Part shown: piece by piece, positions 37,134 through 50,689 of the stretch | Layout: each line of letters begins with the position of its first letter | How positions within the stretch are numbered: position 1 is the stretch's first letter | Assembly: GCA_964106915.2 (NCBI GenBank) | Contig: OZ066918.1 | Origin: Podarcis gaigeae | Lineage: Eukaryota | Direction: 5' to 3' (one strand) | Length of the DNA stretch: 64,000 nt | Notes under the pieces: model-generated | The model's database searches: none | Told to the model about the DNA's origin: nothing | Seen by the model: the letters and a program-made list of their open reading frames with translations, nothing else | Translations under genes and position numbers: made by a program

Positions 37134-40100
37134 AAAGGATCTATCCCTACTGTCTTACTTCCACCTACTTAGGTTTCTAATAATGTCTCCATTCAAGTAG
37201 TCATTGGAATGCTAGTAGCAAAGGTAGTTAGAAGTTGGGAATCTTCCGGTTGCTATCCTAAGTGAGGTCTCTTGAAACTAACTTGCCATTCAGTTGCGTT
37301 AAACTAACTCCAGAGCATAGACAATACAAACCACAAATTAGTTAAAATAACAGTAAGAATGTTTCCTCAGATACCTTCAGGGTGAATTTTATTTTATTAC
37401 AAAGCAATTAGGCAAATTCATGGAGGACACTGTTAACCACAGTACTGTCGTTCAGTGCAGATGCACTATGCCTCAAAGTACTGGATGCTGACGGAAACAG
37501 AGGAGGAACATAACTTTCTTGCCTTGTTTCCAAGTACCTAGACATCTGGTAGACTATATACAGAATATTATATTTAGATTACTGTACTTTAGTCTGTGCA
37601 AGACAATTTGTACATTCTTAGCATGATGTTTGATTGTTGAATATACTATTCCCTCCCCCCGCCACTTAATCTTCAAAAAGCCCTTAATTGCTTACTGGTT
37701 GAGCAGTGTTGCTTGGGCCCCATAGAACATTTGTCTTTAAGTCAGGTTAACAGGAGATTTTCTGCGCATTTGACTTAATGCTTGAAGGTGCATCAGCTCC
37801 TATACCACCCTACTCCATTGACTAGGGGATGATCAGAAGGAACAGAGTAGCTGTTGGCAGATGGCTCCAACACAGAGTTGACAGTTCCAGTGGGCTGCCC
37901 ATCTGGCAGCAAGTGACACATAGAGTACTTCTCCTGCCAGGAAATCGTGGGGATGGAATACAAGCCTCTCCATTTTGTGCCAGATAATGACTTTCTGAGC
38001 ATACTTTCTTGCATGAGGAAACGCCCACCAAAACCTTCCAGTCTTCATTGGAGCCCTCTGCCTGTTGCCACATCTTCCCCCTTCCCCCAAGTGAATGTTT
38101 TGTTCTGGGTGTGTGTGTGGCGGAGATAATCACTGATGGTGTGTTGATGTGGAAGCATAATTGAGACAGGAATCTGTTTGAAATGAGCTATGCCTGCCTT
38201 TTATCTGCTTGTAACAGGCCAAACATGGGTGTTAGTAAAGTTGAGCACTCTGGCACTGCATATTTGCCCTGTTCTGGTGTTTATTATTATCCAGGGGTTT
38301 AAGGAAATCAAAATGGTTGGGTCACTTATCTTCCATTTTTAAAGAGACTCCTGATGATTACCATTATTATTGGATGTTACATTTCTTTGTGAAGTTCCAG
38401 AAGTGTTAGTAGGCAGGAAAGCAGTACAATATGAATAAAGCCATTATCTTAAATGAGAAATTTCTGAAGATATGAGTATTGTTTAAAATTATTTAAACTT
38501 TATCCCTTGTATATTCATGTATTTTATCCCTTGAAAAGCAACTGAAAGGATAATATCCTTGAGGAAAGGTGTTGGGTGTGACTATGAAATAGTGTCAATT
38601 CCTCTGCCTACGCTTCAATTGCTCTATCCAACATCCCACTCTGGGATAATAATGAACTTGGGTGGTGAGTGCTGAAAGAAATTGAGCTAGAATGGGGTTT
38701 TCAGAAACAAGGGGAACATAGCAGCATGTTCAGGGAAATCTCAAAGCCCAGTAAAATGGGAGGAATAAATCTGAAACAACCTGGATTGAGCCTGTACAGT
38801 AGCTAAACAATGAGAAGGAAAAGAATGGAATGGACTATTGGAGGCAGGTATGGCTAGCTGATGGAACTCTGAAATGGAGCACTCCAGTTAGAAGGTAAAG
38901 ATACAGCGCAACTTATAGTTGAAGGTCCTACTTGTAGGGTCCTACTTGTGTGGACATAAAAGTGACCTACTTCATAGGTGTCAGCAAATTGCTGAGAATT
39001 TATGTAAAGCAGTTTGAGTACAATGGTTAATATTGTTCTTCAGTGGGAAGATTGTGTACAAATTCCCATTAAACTGTGAATCTTTTTTGGTGATACTGGA
39101 ACAGACACACATAATGAGCTTATCTTACTTGAATGTTAGGAAGTAATGGAATCACCCCGCATTACCCTTCTGATCATTATCATAACTGTTAATTAATGCA
39201 CTTGCAGAAGAGAGAGAACGTGCCATATTCTTATTGAAAAAACTTATAATATTTTGCAAGCAAATTTTCTGAGGCACTGAAATTACTGGACCCTCCTCTC
39301 CCTCTGTGTCAAGTCCTTGTGTGCACAGATGTACTGTCTCTGGATCATGCATGTGAACAAGGCCCACTTTTAGTTCTGCTGCCCACTCATGGGTTTTTTC
39401 TCTCCAGACTTGTAATGCAATCAATTGTCACATTTCTGAGACTACATATTTTGCTGCTCCACTCAGTCAAGAGAGCTAGATTACTACCAGCTTGAACACA
39501 CTTGGAAGATAATTAAAGTAGATCTGTGTTTAGGGTTATTGTGAGAATTAGGTTGTCATCTAATATATTTTTTTCTTACAGGTTGGTCTGGGTATATATG
39601 GGCTACACTTCCCAAATTTATTTTGGGTAAAAACAAAATTTAAAATATCAGTATAGAAGCTTCCATAGGAAAGAGACAGTATTTGTTGTCATCAGCTTAA
39701 TTTTAAACGGTCTTCAAAAAAAGAGTATAAAAAGGCTCTTGGATATGGATTAATAATTGATTCTTTGTGCAATGCTTGCTAACACTAAAATAAAAAATAA
39801 AAAATCAGCTGAAGCTGGCAAGGATTTTAGAGAGGCCACTGTGTGCTGCTTAGTCTTCTGCTGTGCTTCACTGCTTTTATCTGTTCTCAAGTTGTTTGCA
39901 CAATCTTGCTGTGCCCAAGGGTTTTGTGTCAGAATAATTGCCTTATTTTTGCAAGCAGTCAATGCGAAGCTTCTTATTGGGTGCAAATGGTAAAATTTTC
40001 AGGGAACACCGTTTCTGTGTGAGGCTGATTTCCTCCTCGTCCTGGCTACCCTATCTCTTAGTTTTGCGTATTAAGATACCAGGAAATGTAAAAATCCACC

Positions 40101-40990
40101 TTGTACTGATACATTATTTACCTTCTAGCAAGCTTAATGTGAACAGCAATGGGATTAAAACAAAATTAAGGGAATTTTAGCTTTGAATCTCAAGAACTAC
40201 AATGTTCCAGTCACAGAACAGACCCTTTCTATCTACTCCTGCCTTCTGCAGCCTACTTTGCCCCACCCCCAAGCTACGCTTGAGTGTCAGAGCGGCATCT
40301 GGAATAGGATTTTTATATATTTGCACATTTGATGAGGCTTGGTGGAGGAACAACAGGCAAGGCACGTCAGCAGAAATCCAAGAGCTTGCATAAACTCATA
40401 TGATCATAGAATTTGCTTTATTCTAGATCTAGGGTGATATAAAATAGATTTATTTATTTATTTAGTGCAAATTATGCTTCACATAATTTGGATGCCAATT
40501 TCTTAATCTCTCTAAATAAACTGAAATAATTACAGTACATCTTGTTAGTTCTTGGTCTTTGTGGCTTAATGTCTTTATTTCTCAATCTGTGGGGGAAATG
40601 GAAGGGATATGTGGAAATCGTTGTCTTAGATGTGGATTTGGTTCCTTCCAGATAATGTTGCAATAGAAGAGGAACATTCATTATAGTTTTATTCCAGCAT
40701 TGATTCTGACATTCTGAGACCTTTCTGGTTACTCACTTCAATAAGCTGTCAAGTTAAAATTGTGTCCTTTTTTGCAACATTCACACTTGCCATGATCAGT
40801 TGCATTTATGGAAAGAGGATCTTTCTCTTTACACGTTCTGCACTCAAAATGTTCTGAAGGACTTACCATATTGAGCTTTGCATATTTTGCTAATTTTGCA
40901 ATAAATTTGTGGTGAGTGGGAAAAGTGTTAAGTGTTTGCATTATTTAGTGATGACATTGTAACGGTCCTCTTATTTTTTGTTTTTTTCCT

Positions 40991-41162
40991 NNNNNNNNNN
41001 NNNNNNNNNNNNNNNNNNNNNNNNNNNNNNNNNNNNNNNNNNNNNNNNNNNNNNNNNNNNNNNNNNNNNNNNNNNNNNNNNNNNNNNNNNNNNNNNNNNN
41101 NNNNNNNNNNNNNNNNNNNNNNNNNNNNNNNNNNNNNNNNNNNNNNNNNNNNNNNNNNNNNN
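40991..41162. other. 172-N gap, probably hiding CPEB3 coding exon 3
   Basis: The N run is seen directly. It is immediately preceded by a strong polypyrimidine tract, and a phase 0-to-1 exon is needed between 20303 and 51786. Confidence 0.75.
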
Positions 41163-43827
41163 TTCATATGTTCATACTCACTTTAAAAGAAAACAGCTTT
41201 TTTGCTGCAATAACATTTATGTTATACTTTTTGCTAGTAACAAGTTGTTAATATGTTTTATGCTACTCTTTGGCTTAAAAATCTCAGTTAGCTAATTAAG
41301 CATATAGTGTGGTTAATGATGAAACTGGATGCTAAATAATCATGTTTTCTTTAGAGGACTTTTTATCTTTTACAAAAATATCTTAGGCTTTCAACTTCTA
41401 ATTTTTAAATCAATGAAACCTACAAAATTGATAATCCAGTTATTCTGTTATGAAATGGGTTGCTAATATTTTCAAGTGGTTTTTTAAATATCTACCCTTA
41501 ATTATCATGTTTCCAATGTGGATACAAATCTCAAATGGTTTGGAATTAGGGAAAAGAACGATTACATTTTTACAAAATCACTTCTTTGGTTGATGTAATG
41601 AAATATTGATATCTCTTCAGCTGAGAAGACCAGGCTGTTCTTTCAGCTCCAGTGATAAAGATTAAACTACTCCTAGCACTCATCATAAACTATGTGAGTG
41701 AGTGGTTTGGGCAGCTTTTAGTTTAATAATTCATACTAATGTCTACTTCAACATCAGTCTCGCCAGTCTTTAGCTAAATGTGCCATATAGCTTTTAGGAA
41801 TTACTTAGCAGAGAGCAATGGATTTTGTTGAAAAAAATATTATCACAGATATTTAGTGCACAAATTTTGAGCAATATCTAATTGCTTATCAAACTTTGGA
41901 GATCCAGCAGTTAGTCTTGAGAATGGGACAAGGTCTGGGATCTAGAGTGATCTTGTATTTAACTGTCCAGATGGAGCAGAAAATGAATTTGCATTCATTC
42001 CAAGCTCCATGGGACACCTAGGATATATTGGAGGTCAAAATCATAAATTCAGGTTGGTTGTAGGAAGGCTGAAGACTGGGCAAGTGAATATGGGAACTGG
42101 TACTCAGAACAGTGAAGCGTTTTCATCTTTCAGCCTTTTAATTCCAGTGAAGTTCAGAATGCAAGCCTCAAGTAAAGATCCTGTTAAAAGGATCCACTGC
42201 TTTGGAATTACTTGTTCAGCTGAAGTGAACTATTCCTGCAATGCCATTTTGACCAAATGTTTTATTTACACTTCTTTCCCACAATATTTGCTGTTTCACT
42301 TCACAATGATATGCCATGAATTTCTCCCTAAACCTAGTAATTTTACTTGCAAAATATTATAGAACTGAATTAATAGAATTGAATGCATAAACTTGTTTGA
42401 AAACATTTACTGTATTTCTGTGATTTCACATAACTCAAGTATAGTTTCAGGACATGCCAACATAATGGCATTAAACAATATTGTGCCAATGCAGTGTGTA
42501 TCGGTGGCTAGGATGTGGTGGTATTTGCTAATCAGTGGGCTCTAAAGTCACAAGGAGCACACTCTATATTATTTGTTGAGCTACAATGTGGTAGCTCAAC
42601 TACCTGCTTCTTCAGGTGGTATATAATACCATCCAAAGAAGGCAACTGACCAATTATCTGGCCTCAGGAAGTGCTCATCTACAGTGCCTTCACCTTGCCA
42701 GGATTCAGACTGGTTCTTTTTCTTCCTCCAGCCCACCACTGAGTCCAGGCTTGTATGTCCTTTTCTGATTCAGGTAGCTTTAGTGCCCCTTGATATTTAC
42801 TAACTAACCTAATTAAAAACATGGCTGTGGGGAAATGGCACCACATGGGCCTGTTTTCTTTCTATACAACATTATGTGCTTTCTGTATGTTTCTAAAAAG
42901 AATTGGCTAGCTTTCTTCTTGTTTTGAGGGAATAACTGGGGGGTGGGGTGGTTTCTTACAGAAGAAAACTACATATACCTGAGCTTAATGGGAACTTAGA
43001 CCTTTATAGCACACCTGTGCCTCTGAAATGCTCCCCCACAAACAAACATTCCTGCACATAGACAGCAAGTGTGCCAAGAAAAAGACCCCTGGAAAATGGT
43101 TTCCCGTGGATACAGACATACATATGAAAGATTTGAGTATTGTACTCAACCTCCTATCAGCCCCAGCCAGCATGGCCAGTGATGATGGGTGTTGCAGTCC
43201 AGCAACATATAGAAGACCACAGGTTTCCCATTCCTGCTTTTGTCTCTGGTGCAGTATGGCCTAGGTGCTGCTGTGTTATAACAAACTTCATAACAAACAG
43301 CTCTCCTACGTATCTTGTAAAGGCAGTACTAGAAAAAGTAACATCAGAATTAACCTAAATACTCAGTCTGAAGTTGCAGTACACTTATTTGTCCTTGAAT
43401 AAAACCACGTGACCTGTCTCTGCAGGGGTAACATTAAATGTATTCTATGTCTCAAGGACTGATTTACTTCGCATATATGTGTGCCAGATGCTTGAGGTAG
43501 CTTTTAATGGGCAGTTATGGTGTCAAACTCAGTAGATATTTGTACATACAGTGTTCCAGTACTCCCTATTAGGCATAAAAATGCAAATGCATGTTTGAAG
43601 AAACATGGAAAGTTGATAAAAAAAACCCTGTGCATATACATTCTAGTCTCCATCCTTTTCTAAAGGGGTGTCTTTTAACTTGGGAGTTTGCTGTCTTTCA
43701 GAGAGAACAGTTGCAGAAAGGCAAGAAAAAGTGCAGTGTAGGCTTGTGAATTGGAGGACTAGTTTTGGTAGAAAGGTGAGATAAAAATAATTTGAATAAT
43801 AAGGCTGGCTTTAGTATTGGCCTACCA

Positions 43828-44188
43828 GGTAAAGGTAAAGGTACCCCTGCCCGTACGGGCCAGTCTTGCCAGACTCTGGGGTTGTGCGCCCATCTCACTT
43901 AAGAGGCCAGGGGCCAGCGCTGTCTGGAGACACTTCCGGGTCACTTGGCCAGCGTGACATTGCTGCTCTGGCGAGCCAGAGCCGCACACGGAAACGCCGT
44001 TTACCTTCCCGCTGGTAAGCGGTCCCTATTTATCTACTTGCACCCGGAGGTGCTTTCGAACTGCTAGGTTGGCAGGCGCTGGGACCGAGCAGCGGGAGCG
44101 CACCCCGCCGCAGGGATTCGAACCGCCGACCTTTCGATCGGCAAGTCCTAGGCGCTGAGGCTTTAACCCACAGCGCCACCTGAGTCCC
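43828..44188 (-). mobile_element. Full-length Sauria SINE
   Basis: Highly similar to 14663-15023; 12-bp TSD attggcctacca (43816-43827, 44189-44200). Confidence 0.95.
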
Positions 44189-45278
44189 ATTGGCCTACCA
44201 ACTGGACCTTAAACAAGTATCTGAGATGTTTTGGAATTTTCGTAGCAAACGTATCAAACTGTGATGAAAAAAGAGGCATTTGGGGAAAGTCTGTAGCAGT
44301 CTGTGCAGTAAAAATATGCTGGTCTCTTTCTGCTAAAATAACCTATTATGTTTGAAAATAGATGATATGAATGTGTGCTAGGTAGTTCAGTTGTCCTTTT
44401 GCCAGATAAATAAATCTTGGAAGGTCTGCTTCATAGCCATTAAGTCTTTTCAGATAAAATGTCAGCTTGCCACTGGGCACTGTGAAAAGCTCTCAACACC
44501 TATTCTTTTATGAAGTGTCCTCCTGACTTGACTTCTGGTTCTATTCTTTATCCAATTGTGCCTGAGTATAGCACTGATCTTGCTGAGCCTGTTGCCTTCT
44601 CTGGAACACAATTCCCACTAGTCAAGTTTACATACTGAGACAGAATCTTTGCTGCAACTTATGTTAAATGAATTGCCCATGTTTCTTAACTGTTGTGTTA
44701 AAGACCTAGAAGTCATAGGAAGTAGCTTTGAATGATAACATATATCACCATATAGAAGCTTTTATTCTTCTTGAACTAAAGGTCTTCTCCAGCTGCTTGG
44801 CAAACCTAATTCAAGCACCATATGTGTCTTAATAATCCCAAAGGCCAGAGAAGAGCAATTAAGGTCTTATCATAAGCTGACCAGTTATGACATAGGTAGT
44901 TTAGACAGTAACAATTCAGTATTTACTATTGTTTTTAACATAATAATTATAATTATAATTATTTATTAGAAAAGACTTGATCATTATCGTTGGCCACCTG
45001 CTGGTGGAAGCATGTGGACCACTGGTTCCATATCTGAATTTGAATTTGTGAAGTGGGGTGGGGGAACTGAGTATCATGTCCTTGATGTGTATGCTTTGTT
45101 ACTTAGTCCAGTGGGCACATTATAAATTGCCCTTTGCTCTGAACAGATGCAAATGTCTACCAGCCATCACTATTGTTAAACTGTAGCAGATAGGTTTTCT
45201 AATGAACTATAGAGTTGTAAAATGTATGTTTTTTAAAAAGTCTGGCGATGTTTATTTTCATTTTTGCTGAGTCATGTA

Positions 45279-45749
45279 CCGTATTTTTCGCTCCATAAGA
45301 CGTACCCCCCCCCAAAGTAAGGGGAAATGTGTGTGTGTCTTATGGAGCGAATGCAGGTGGGAGGCTCTTGCTGGAGCCGTGCACTCTTTAAAGAGCCACG
45401 CCTAGTGTGTGTGCGGCTCTTGTGGGCTTGCTCTACTGGCTTCTCAGCGAAGCGGGAGGAGGGACGGAAGGGGCTCCATGTAAGGGCTCCCTTTCATCCC
45501 TCATCCCGCTTTGATCGGAAGCGAGCACAAGAAGAGGCGCTGCACAGCTATCACTCTTGCTTTCCTGGCTTCAGCGAGAGCTGCGCAGCTTGCTCTGCTG
45601 GCTTCTCAGCGAGGCAGGAGAAGGGATGGAAGGGTTTAAAGCGAGAGCCGCTTACATGCTCTGCACAGAATATATTTTTTCTTGCTTCTGCCCTCTAAAA
45701 ACTAGGTGCATCTTATAGTCAGCTGCATCTTATGGAGCGAAAAATACGG
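45279..45749. mobile_element. Tc1/mariner-superfamily MITE
   Basis: Perfect 22-bp TIR ccgtatttttcgctccataaga, TA on both sides, internal duplicated unit ctggcttctcagcga..ga(a/g)ggga(c/t)ggaaggg. Confidence 0.9.
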
Positions 45750-47526
45750 TAGTTGTTTTGCTCAGCAATATTGACACTGCTGGTGATTCTTGTTTATTGT
45801 AGTTCTCTGCATTATTGAGAACCAGGCAGCTGAAGGGCATCGTGATAAAGATAAAGTTAAGGGAATGAAATTCAGTATTCCTGTAGGAATGCACGAGTTC
45901 TCTAACCCAAATCCAGTCAGCTGAGGTCACGTGGCTGGAATTACACAGTTGGCTGCTAACTCTTTTTGGCTCAGTACCGCTGGGACTGCCTGCTAAAAAG
46001 CAAAAGCTAAAGAGGGCATTGTGTGCTGCAACATAATGTTTACAAAAAGTGTGTTTGAAGTCTCTCTGTTTAGAATATTTCATTTATGAAGAAGAATGAC
46101 CTCTTAGAACTTTAAAATATTTTGGGGTTTTTTCCAGGTACTGTGAGCCAAATACAAGTTCTGAGGCAGTCAAAGTTGTTTTACCTTCCCTATCTATGGT
46201 GAATCTGAAGTCCAATATAATATTGTACACCTTTTAAAACCAGTTTGCATACCTTATTTAAGCCATTAAAAAGTTTTCTATTTAAATATACTGTAAATAT
46301 ACTTAAATTCCACATAGATTCCTTTAAAATATAAGTAGTAATATTTAAATTATAATATATATAGAAGTATTACTGGTCAACATAGCAATTTATTTTCCAA
46401 AATCTTGAGTTTTTCAAGGCTGCACCGTTCATGTTGACGGCAGAAGTTTAGAACTATCTTGTTGATAAAATTTCAGATGCAGTACTTCTGCCATGGATTT
46501 AATCAGAATATATATTTTTAATCTGGTAGGCAATGTATGTGTAACTCATTCGTGCTAATATCTAAACAACATTTTTTAGGAGTAGGTGGATGGATAGATG
46601 ATGTTATTTTCTTTTATTTTTGAAGAATTTGCAGGCTTTCAATTTGTTTTCTCTCATGTTGTTAAGCACAACAGCTATTTTCCTACCATTGTACACTGGC
46701 ATGAATTATTTCTTCCTCCTGTGCTTTGAGCTGCTTGAAGCCTTCAAGTAAAGTAGAAGTGGGATTTGACCCATCTTACCATTATTGCTTATGTTCTCTT
46801 AAAGTTAAACATAATGAGAATCTTGATGCACATGAAATTGTTCACTCTTACCTTAGTGCCTCTAGAGTGGAGAACTATGGTCCGACTTACAGTGCTAATA
46901 CTGCAGTTTCTCTTGAGCCATGCTTATACTGAATAATAGTTTTCGCCATAGGAAGTTTTGCTATCTGAACAACACCTTTGTCAAAGAAAAAATAGAATAT
47001 GTGCTCTATAGTAGAGGACATCAGCTAATACAGATACTATAATCATTTTCAAAAATCCAATTTTGTTCCCTAGTAGTTCTTGAAATAAACCTGATGATTT
47101 AAGTAGGGCTACTGAGAATAATAAAATGTTCAAATCTTAAACTGGCAAAAAAAAGTTCTGGTCTCTACTGAATACAAATGGCTGCTTATAACTCGGCACT
47201 TCATTTTGGCATTTTCTAATGGATCCTCCTCCTCTACCTTTTCTCATCACTTCCCTTTTTAAAATCTTTTTTAAGCTTGTAAGCATGACGGCAGGGCTTG
47301 TGTCTCATTTTGCCAACAGATGTGAGCCTCTTTGGCAGACCTTTGTCTGAAATGTGGGAAATAAATGATTCAGACTTGTTGCAATTGAGCACGTGCCTTG
47401 TGGTGAATTAAAGTTGCCCCAAGTAACTGCATGCAGGCCCACCACTGAGGGAGAATACAGGTGCTGTTGGCACAGCTCTCTGCTATGCTTTCTTGGTCAG
47501 GAAAATCCTGTCCCCACACCTCCTCC

Positions 47527-47802
47527 CAGTGGCGAAGCTGCATGCTCCAGCACTGGGGGCGGAAAGCAGGCAGGGGCATGGCTGGTGCATGTCCTGGGGG
47601 CATAGCATGCCACCCATGGGGGTGTGGTGCGTGTCCTGGGGCGTGGTGTGCGTCCCGGGGGCACGCTGTGCGTGCCTGTGGGGGGGGGGTGCCGCCTGGC
47701 ACGGTAGGGGTGTGTGCGGCGGGTGTCCGGGGCACAGCCACGATGGTACCCCCTCCTTGATGATGTCAGGGGCAGTGCGCTCCCCCCTTTCCTCCATCAG
47801 TG
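47527..47802. mobile_element. hAT-type MITE with internal GC-rich degenerate minisatellite
   Basis: 8-bp TSD cctcctcc (47519-47526, 47803-47810); begins CAGTGGCGAAGC and has a degenerate right TIR. Confidence 0.75.
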
Positions 47803-48984
47803 CCTCCTCCCTGGCTGGAAAAATAGGGAGACCAAAGCCAGAGAAGTTGAATGAGGGGAAGAGTAAGTGTTATGCACCCAGTCAGGGTTGGCAATAACTG
47901 CCCTGTCATGATTTGCAAGCTGAATACCGTACATGATGCAAACATTTCAACTGGTATATTTAAAGTTACTTTGTCCTTAACCACTTTGAACTTGAAACTG
48001 AAAATATCAACCAAATAACACAGCTGTATTTGTATTAGTTTCAGTCAGACGTTATTACTACTGTAGTCTTCTCCCTAAAAGCTGAGATTCTTGGGTACAG
48101 CTAAACTAAAACACAGAATGCTGTCTAATATTATTGAGATATTTTTGAAACAGCAGTAATTACTAATTCTATTGCTGATCAACTTCTCAAACAAAAATTA
48201 ATGCCATGTATTTCAGTTTTAAGTTATTCACTCAAGGAGCTTCTGAAGACTGAAACTATCATGTGTACTTTCCTATTTAGAGCTCTTAGTATTGTAAGAA
48301 CAAGTATGCGTGACTACTCATACAATTTGACATTTTTGCTTTTCTGGGAAGGTAGTTGTCAAGAGAAACTTAAAAATAGAAGGCAAAGGGCAGGTGACAA
48401 AATGTCACACAGGCAGCACCTGGCAGAGTGACTGAATGAACACATACACACACCCCAGATGTCACACTCTTGATTCTATTTTTATATCTGGTTGAATAGC
48501 ACAATTCTAGCCTCAGCAAAGGAAAGGAGGAGAGAGATTAAATATGCATTGAGAGCCATAATTCATAGCATGCTCATTTATTCACTCATATCTAACCATA
48601 AAACAATTTAAATGGTTGGGTAACCTTTTATTGCAGTCATTATGCTGATAACTATTTTGGCAGACATTTGTGTGCCATATGGGATTCTTCTGCAGACATA
48701 GCTAGAGATTAGATTGGATTCACATGCTGTTACTTGCTTGGGTAGTGTGCACGCCTTCCTTCGGGGAATGGGTGATTGCATATTGGGTATAGGGCTACCC
48801 TACTATACCACAGTGAGAAGTCAGTATATAACTTGCTTGTTATTCTTGGAAATGGATATCCCATGAATGAATATGAAACAATGTGGGTAGCAAATTCCAG
48901 TGAAGGTGCCTTTTTTCTCCTTCCACTGTCAAGTGAGGCTTCTATTAAGATTTTTTAAACTGCAGCAGCAATAACAGGCCTATC

Positions 48985-49430
48985 TGCTTCATCCAACCAA
49001 GTCTCTGTTACACATGCGAGGTCAAGTCCTCTCATGGATGGCAGTGGTCTTATGAACCATTGACCTTGCATTGCACAGCAGCACCTTCAGGTCATGTGGG
49101 TATCCCTTGCTGATTCCAGTATCCGTCTGGACAAGACCAGACATGGAGGCAGGGATAGTCCTCAAATAACGACTAAACCTGCCTCCTCGGTAATGACATG
49201 GTCTGGTCTTAGTGTAACTCCTCCTCCTACCCATGATCACTGAGATCGGTTGTCCCAGTGCACCCCCCCCCCCCGTGGAACCTGCCCTAGACATTTTGTT
49301 GGCTGGGACCCACTCCCAGGCAGCCCTGACCCCTCCCCTTAAAACAAAAGAAAACCTATATAAAAACAAAACAACACAATAAAACAATAAAAACCAAAAA
49401 CAGTAAAAATTACAAACATACAAAAATTAA
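48985..49430 (-). mobile_element. L2/CR1-clade LINE fragment (endonuclease N-terminus plus adjacent 3'-like segment)
   Basis: Minus ORF contains LKVLLCNARSMVHKTTAIH, an APE domain start motif. Confidence 0.7.
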
Positions 49431-49645
49431 ACACCAGCTGAGTTCATGGTAGGCAAGATTCAAACTAGAAAATTTCTGGTTTAACTATCTCTTAATTTGC
49501 AAAAATACAGCATACTGCTATTGCAGTCTTCTTTCAATCACTACACAAGTTTTAGTGAATCAAAGAGGGTCACAAAAGTTGCCAGAAGCAAGGGAGAGAG
49601 AGGATTCTTTATATTAACATCTTGATGGTCTCCAAGCATTTTCTG

Positions 49646-49710
49646 CAATGCAGCGGGTTGGACTAAATGACTCTTGGGGTCTCTTCCAACTCTACAATTC
49701 TGTGATTCTA
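49646..49710 (+). mobile_element. CR1 extreme 3' fragment
   Basis: gggttggactaaatgac..cttccaactctacaattctgtgattcta. Confidence 0.7.
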
Positions 49711-50315
49711 AGCTATGTGCCTTAAGGATGCTTCTGCTTCTTTTCAGAAAAATGGAAGAAGGGATTTATTTCTGTCTTAATTATCAGCATCCCATTAAGC
49801 AGGCACTGAACATCTGTGGGTTGTCTTCTTTCCAGTGATTTAGTAGAGTTGGTGTTGATAGCAATAAGCAACAATCCAATAGGCTGAAATCATGAGAATT
49901 CTTCAAGTGTTCCTTTCTCCACACAATTAGCATTGCATTGAGGAGGAAATGGGGGCCAGCCATACTTGTCCTTTCCCTTCAGTCATCTCCCTTCATGACT
50001 GTCTACAGCAGGGAGCCTATACAAGTAGAGTAGGCTTCCTTGCAGAATTTAGAACTAATGGGAAGTCCACGTGAATGAGTGCTGCAGACAGTTGCCCTCC
50101 AACTCACGGAGGGGGATGGTGATGGAGGAGAGTGCTATTCCCCACTTCCTCCTGAGTGCAATGTAATTGTGTCAAGAAAGGAACACTTGAAGAGGGCTTC
50201 TGTGAGAGTTTTCATCAGCAGTTTTTCTTGATGAGCTAGTGAAGAGGGACAAATACTTTCATTTCTAGGGTTCAAGATTTTGCTTAAGGTGTTAGTTACT
50301 TGCTATAACTAAATA

Positions 50316-50557
50316 CAGTGGTACCTCGGGTTACATACGCTTCAGGTTACATACGCTTCAGGTTACAGACCCCGCTAACCCATAAATATTGCTTCAGGTT
50401 AAGAACTTTGCTTCAGGATGAGAACAGAAATTGTGCTCTGGTGGCGCGGCAGCTGCAGGAGGCCCCATTAGCTAAAGTGGTGCTTCAGGTTAAGAACAGT
50501 TTCAGCTTAAGTACGGACCTCCGGAACAAATTAAGTACTTAACCCGAGGTACCACTG
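50316..50557. mobile_element. Tc1/mariner (Tigger-like) MITE
   Basis: Perfect 18-bp TIR cagtggtacctcgggtta with TA TSDs. Confidence 0.92.
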
Positions 50558-50689
50558 TAATTTAAATTATTGAATTGAATAGTTGAAGAATAACAACAAT
50601 ATTAAAAATTAAAAATTAATATTATAGTATTACATAAATATTTTAGCAGCGGAACAGCCCTGGTTGGTTTGATGGCTGTCACCTTTATC

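Noticed and set aside
47370-47897. Cluster of 70-134 aa ORFs
   Set aside because: By-product of the GC-rich MITE.
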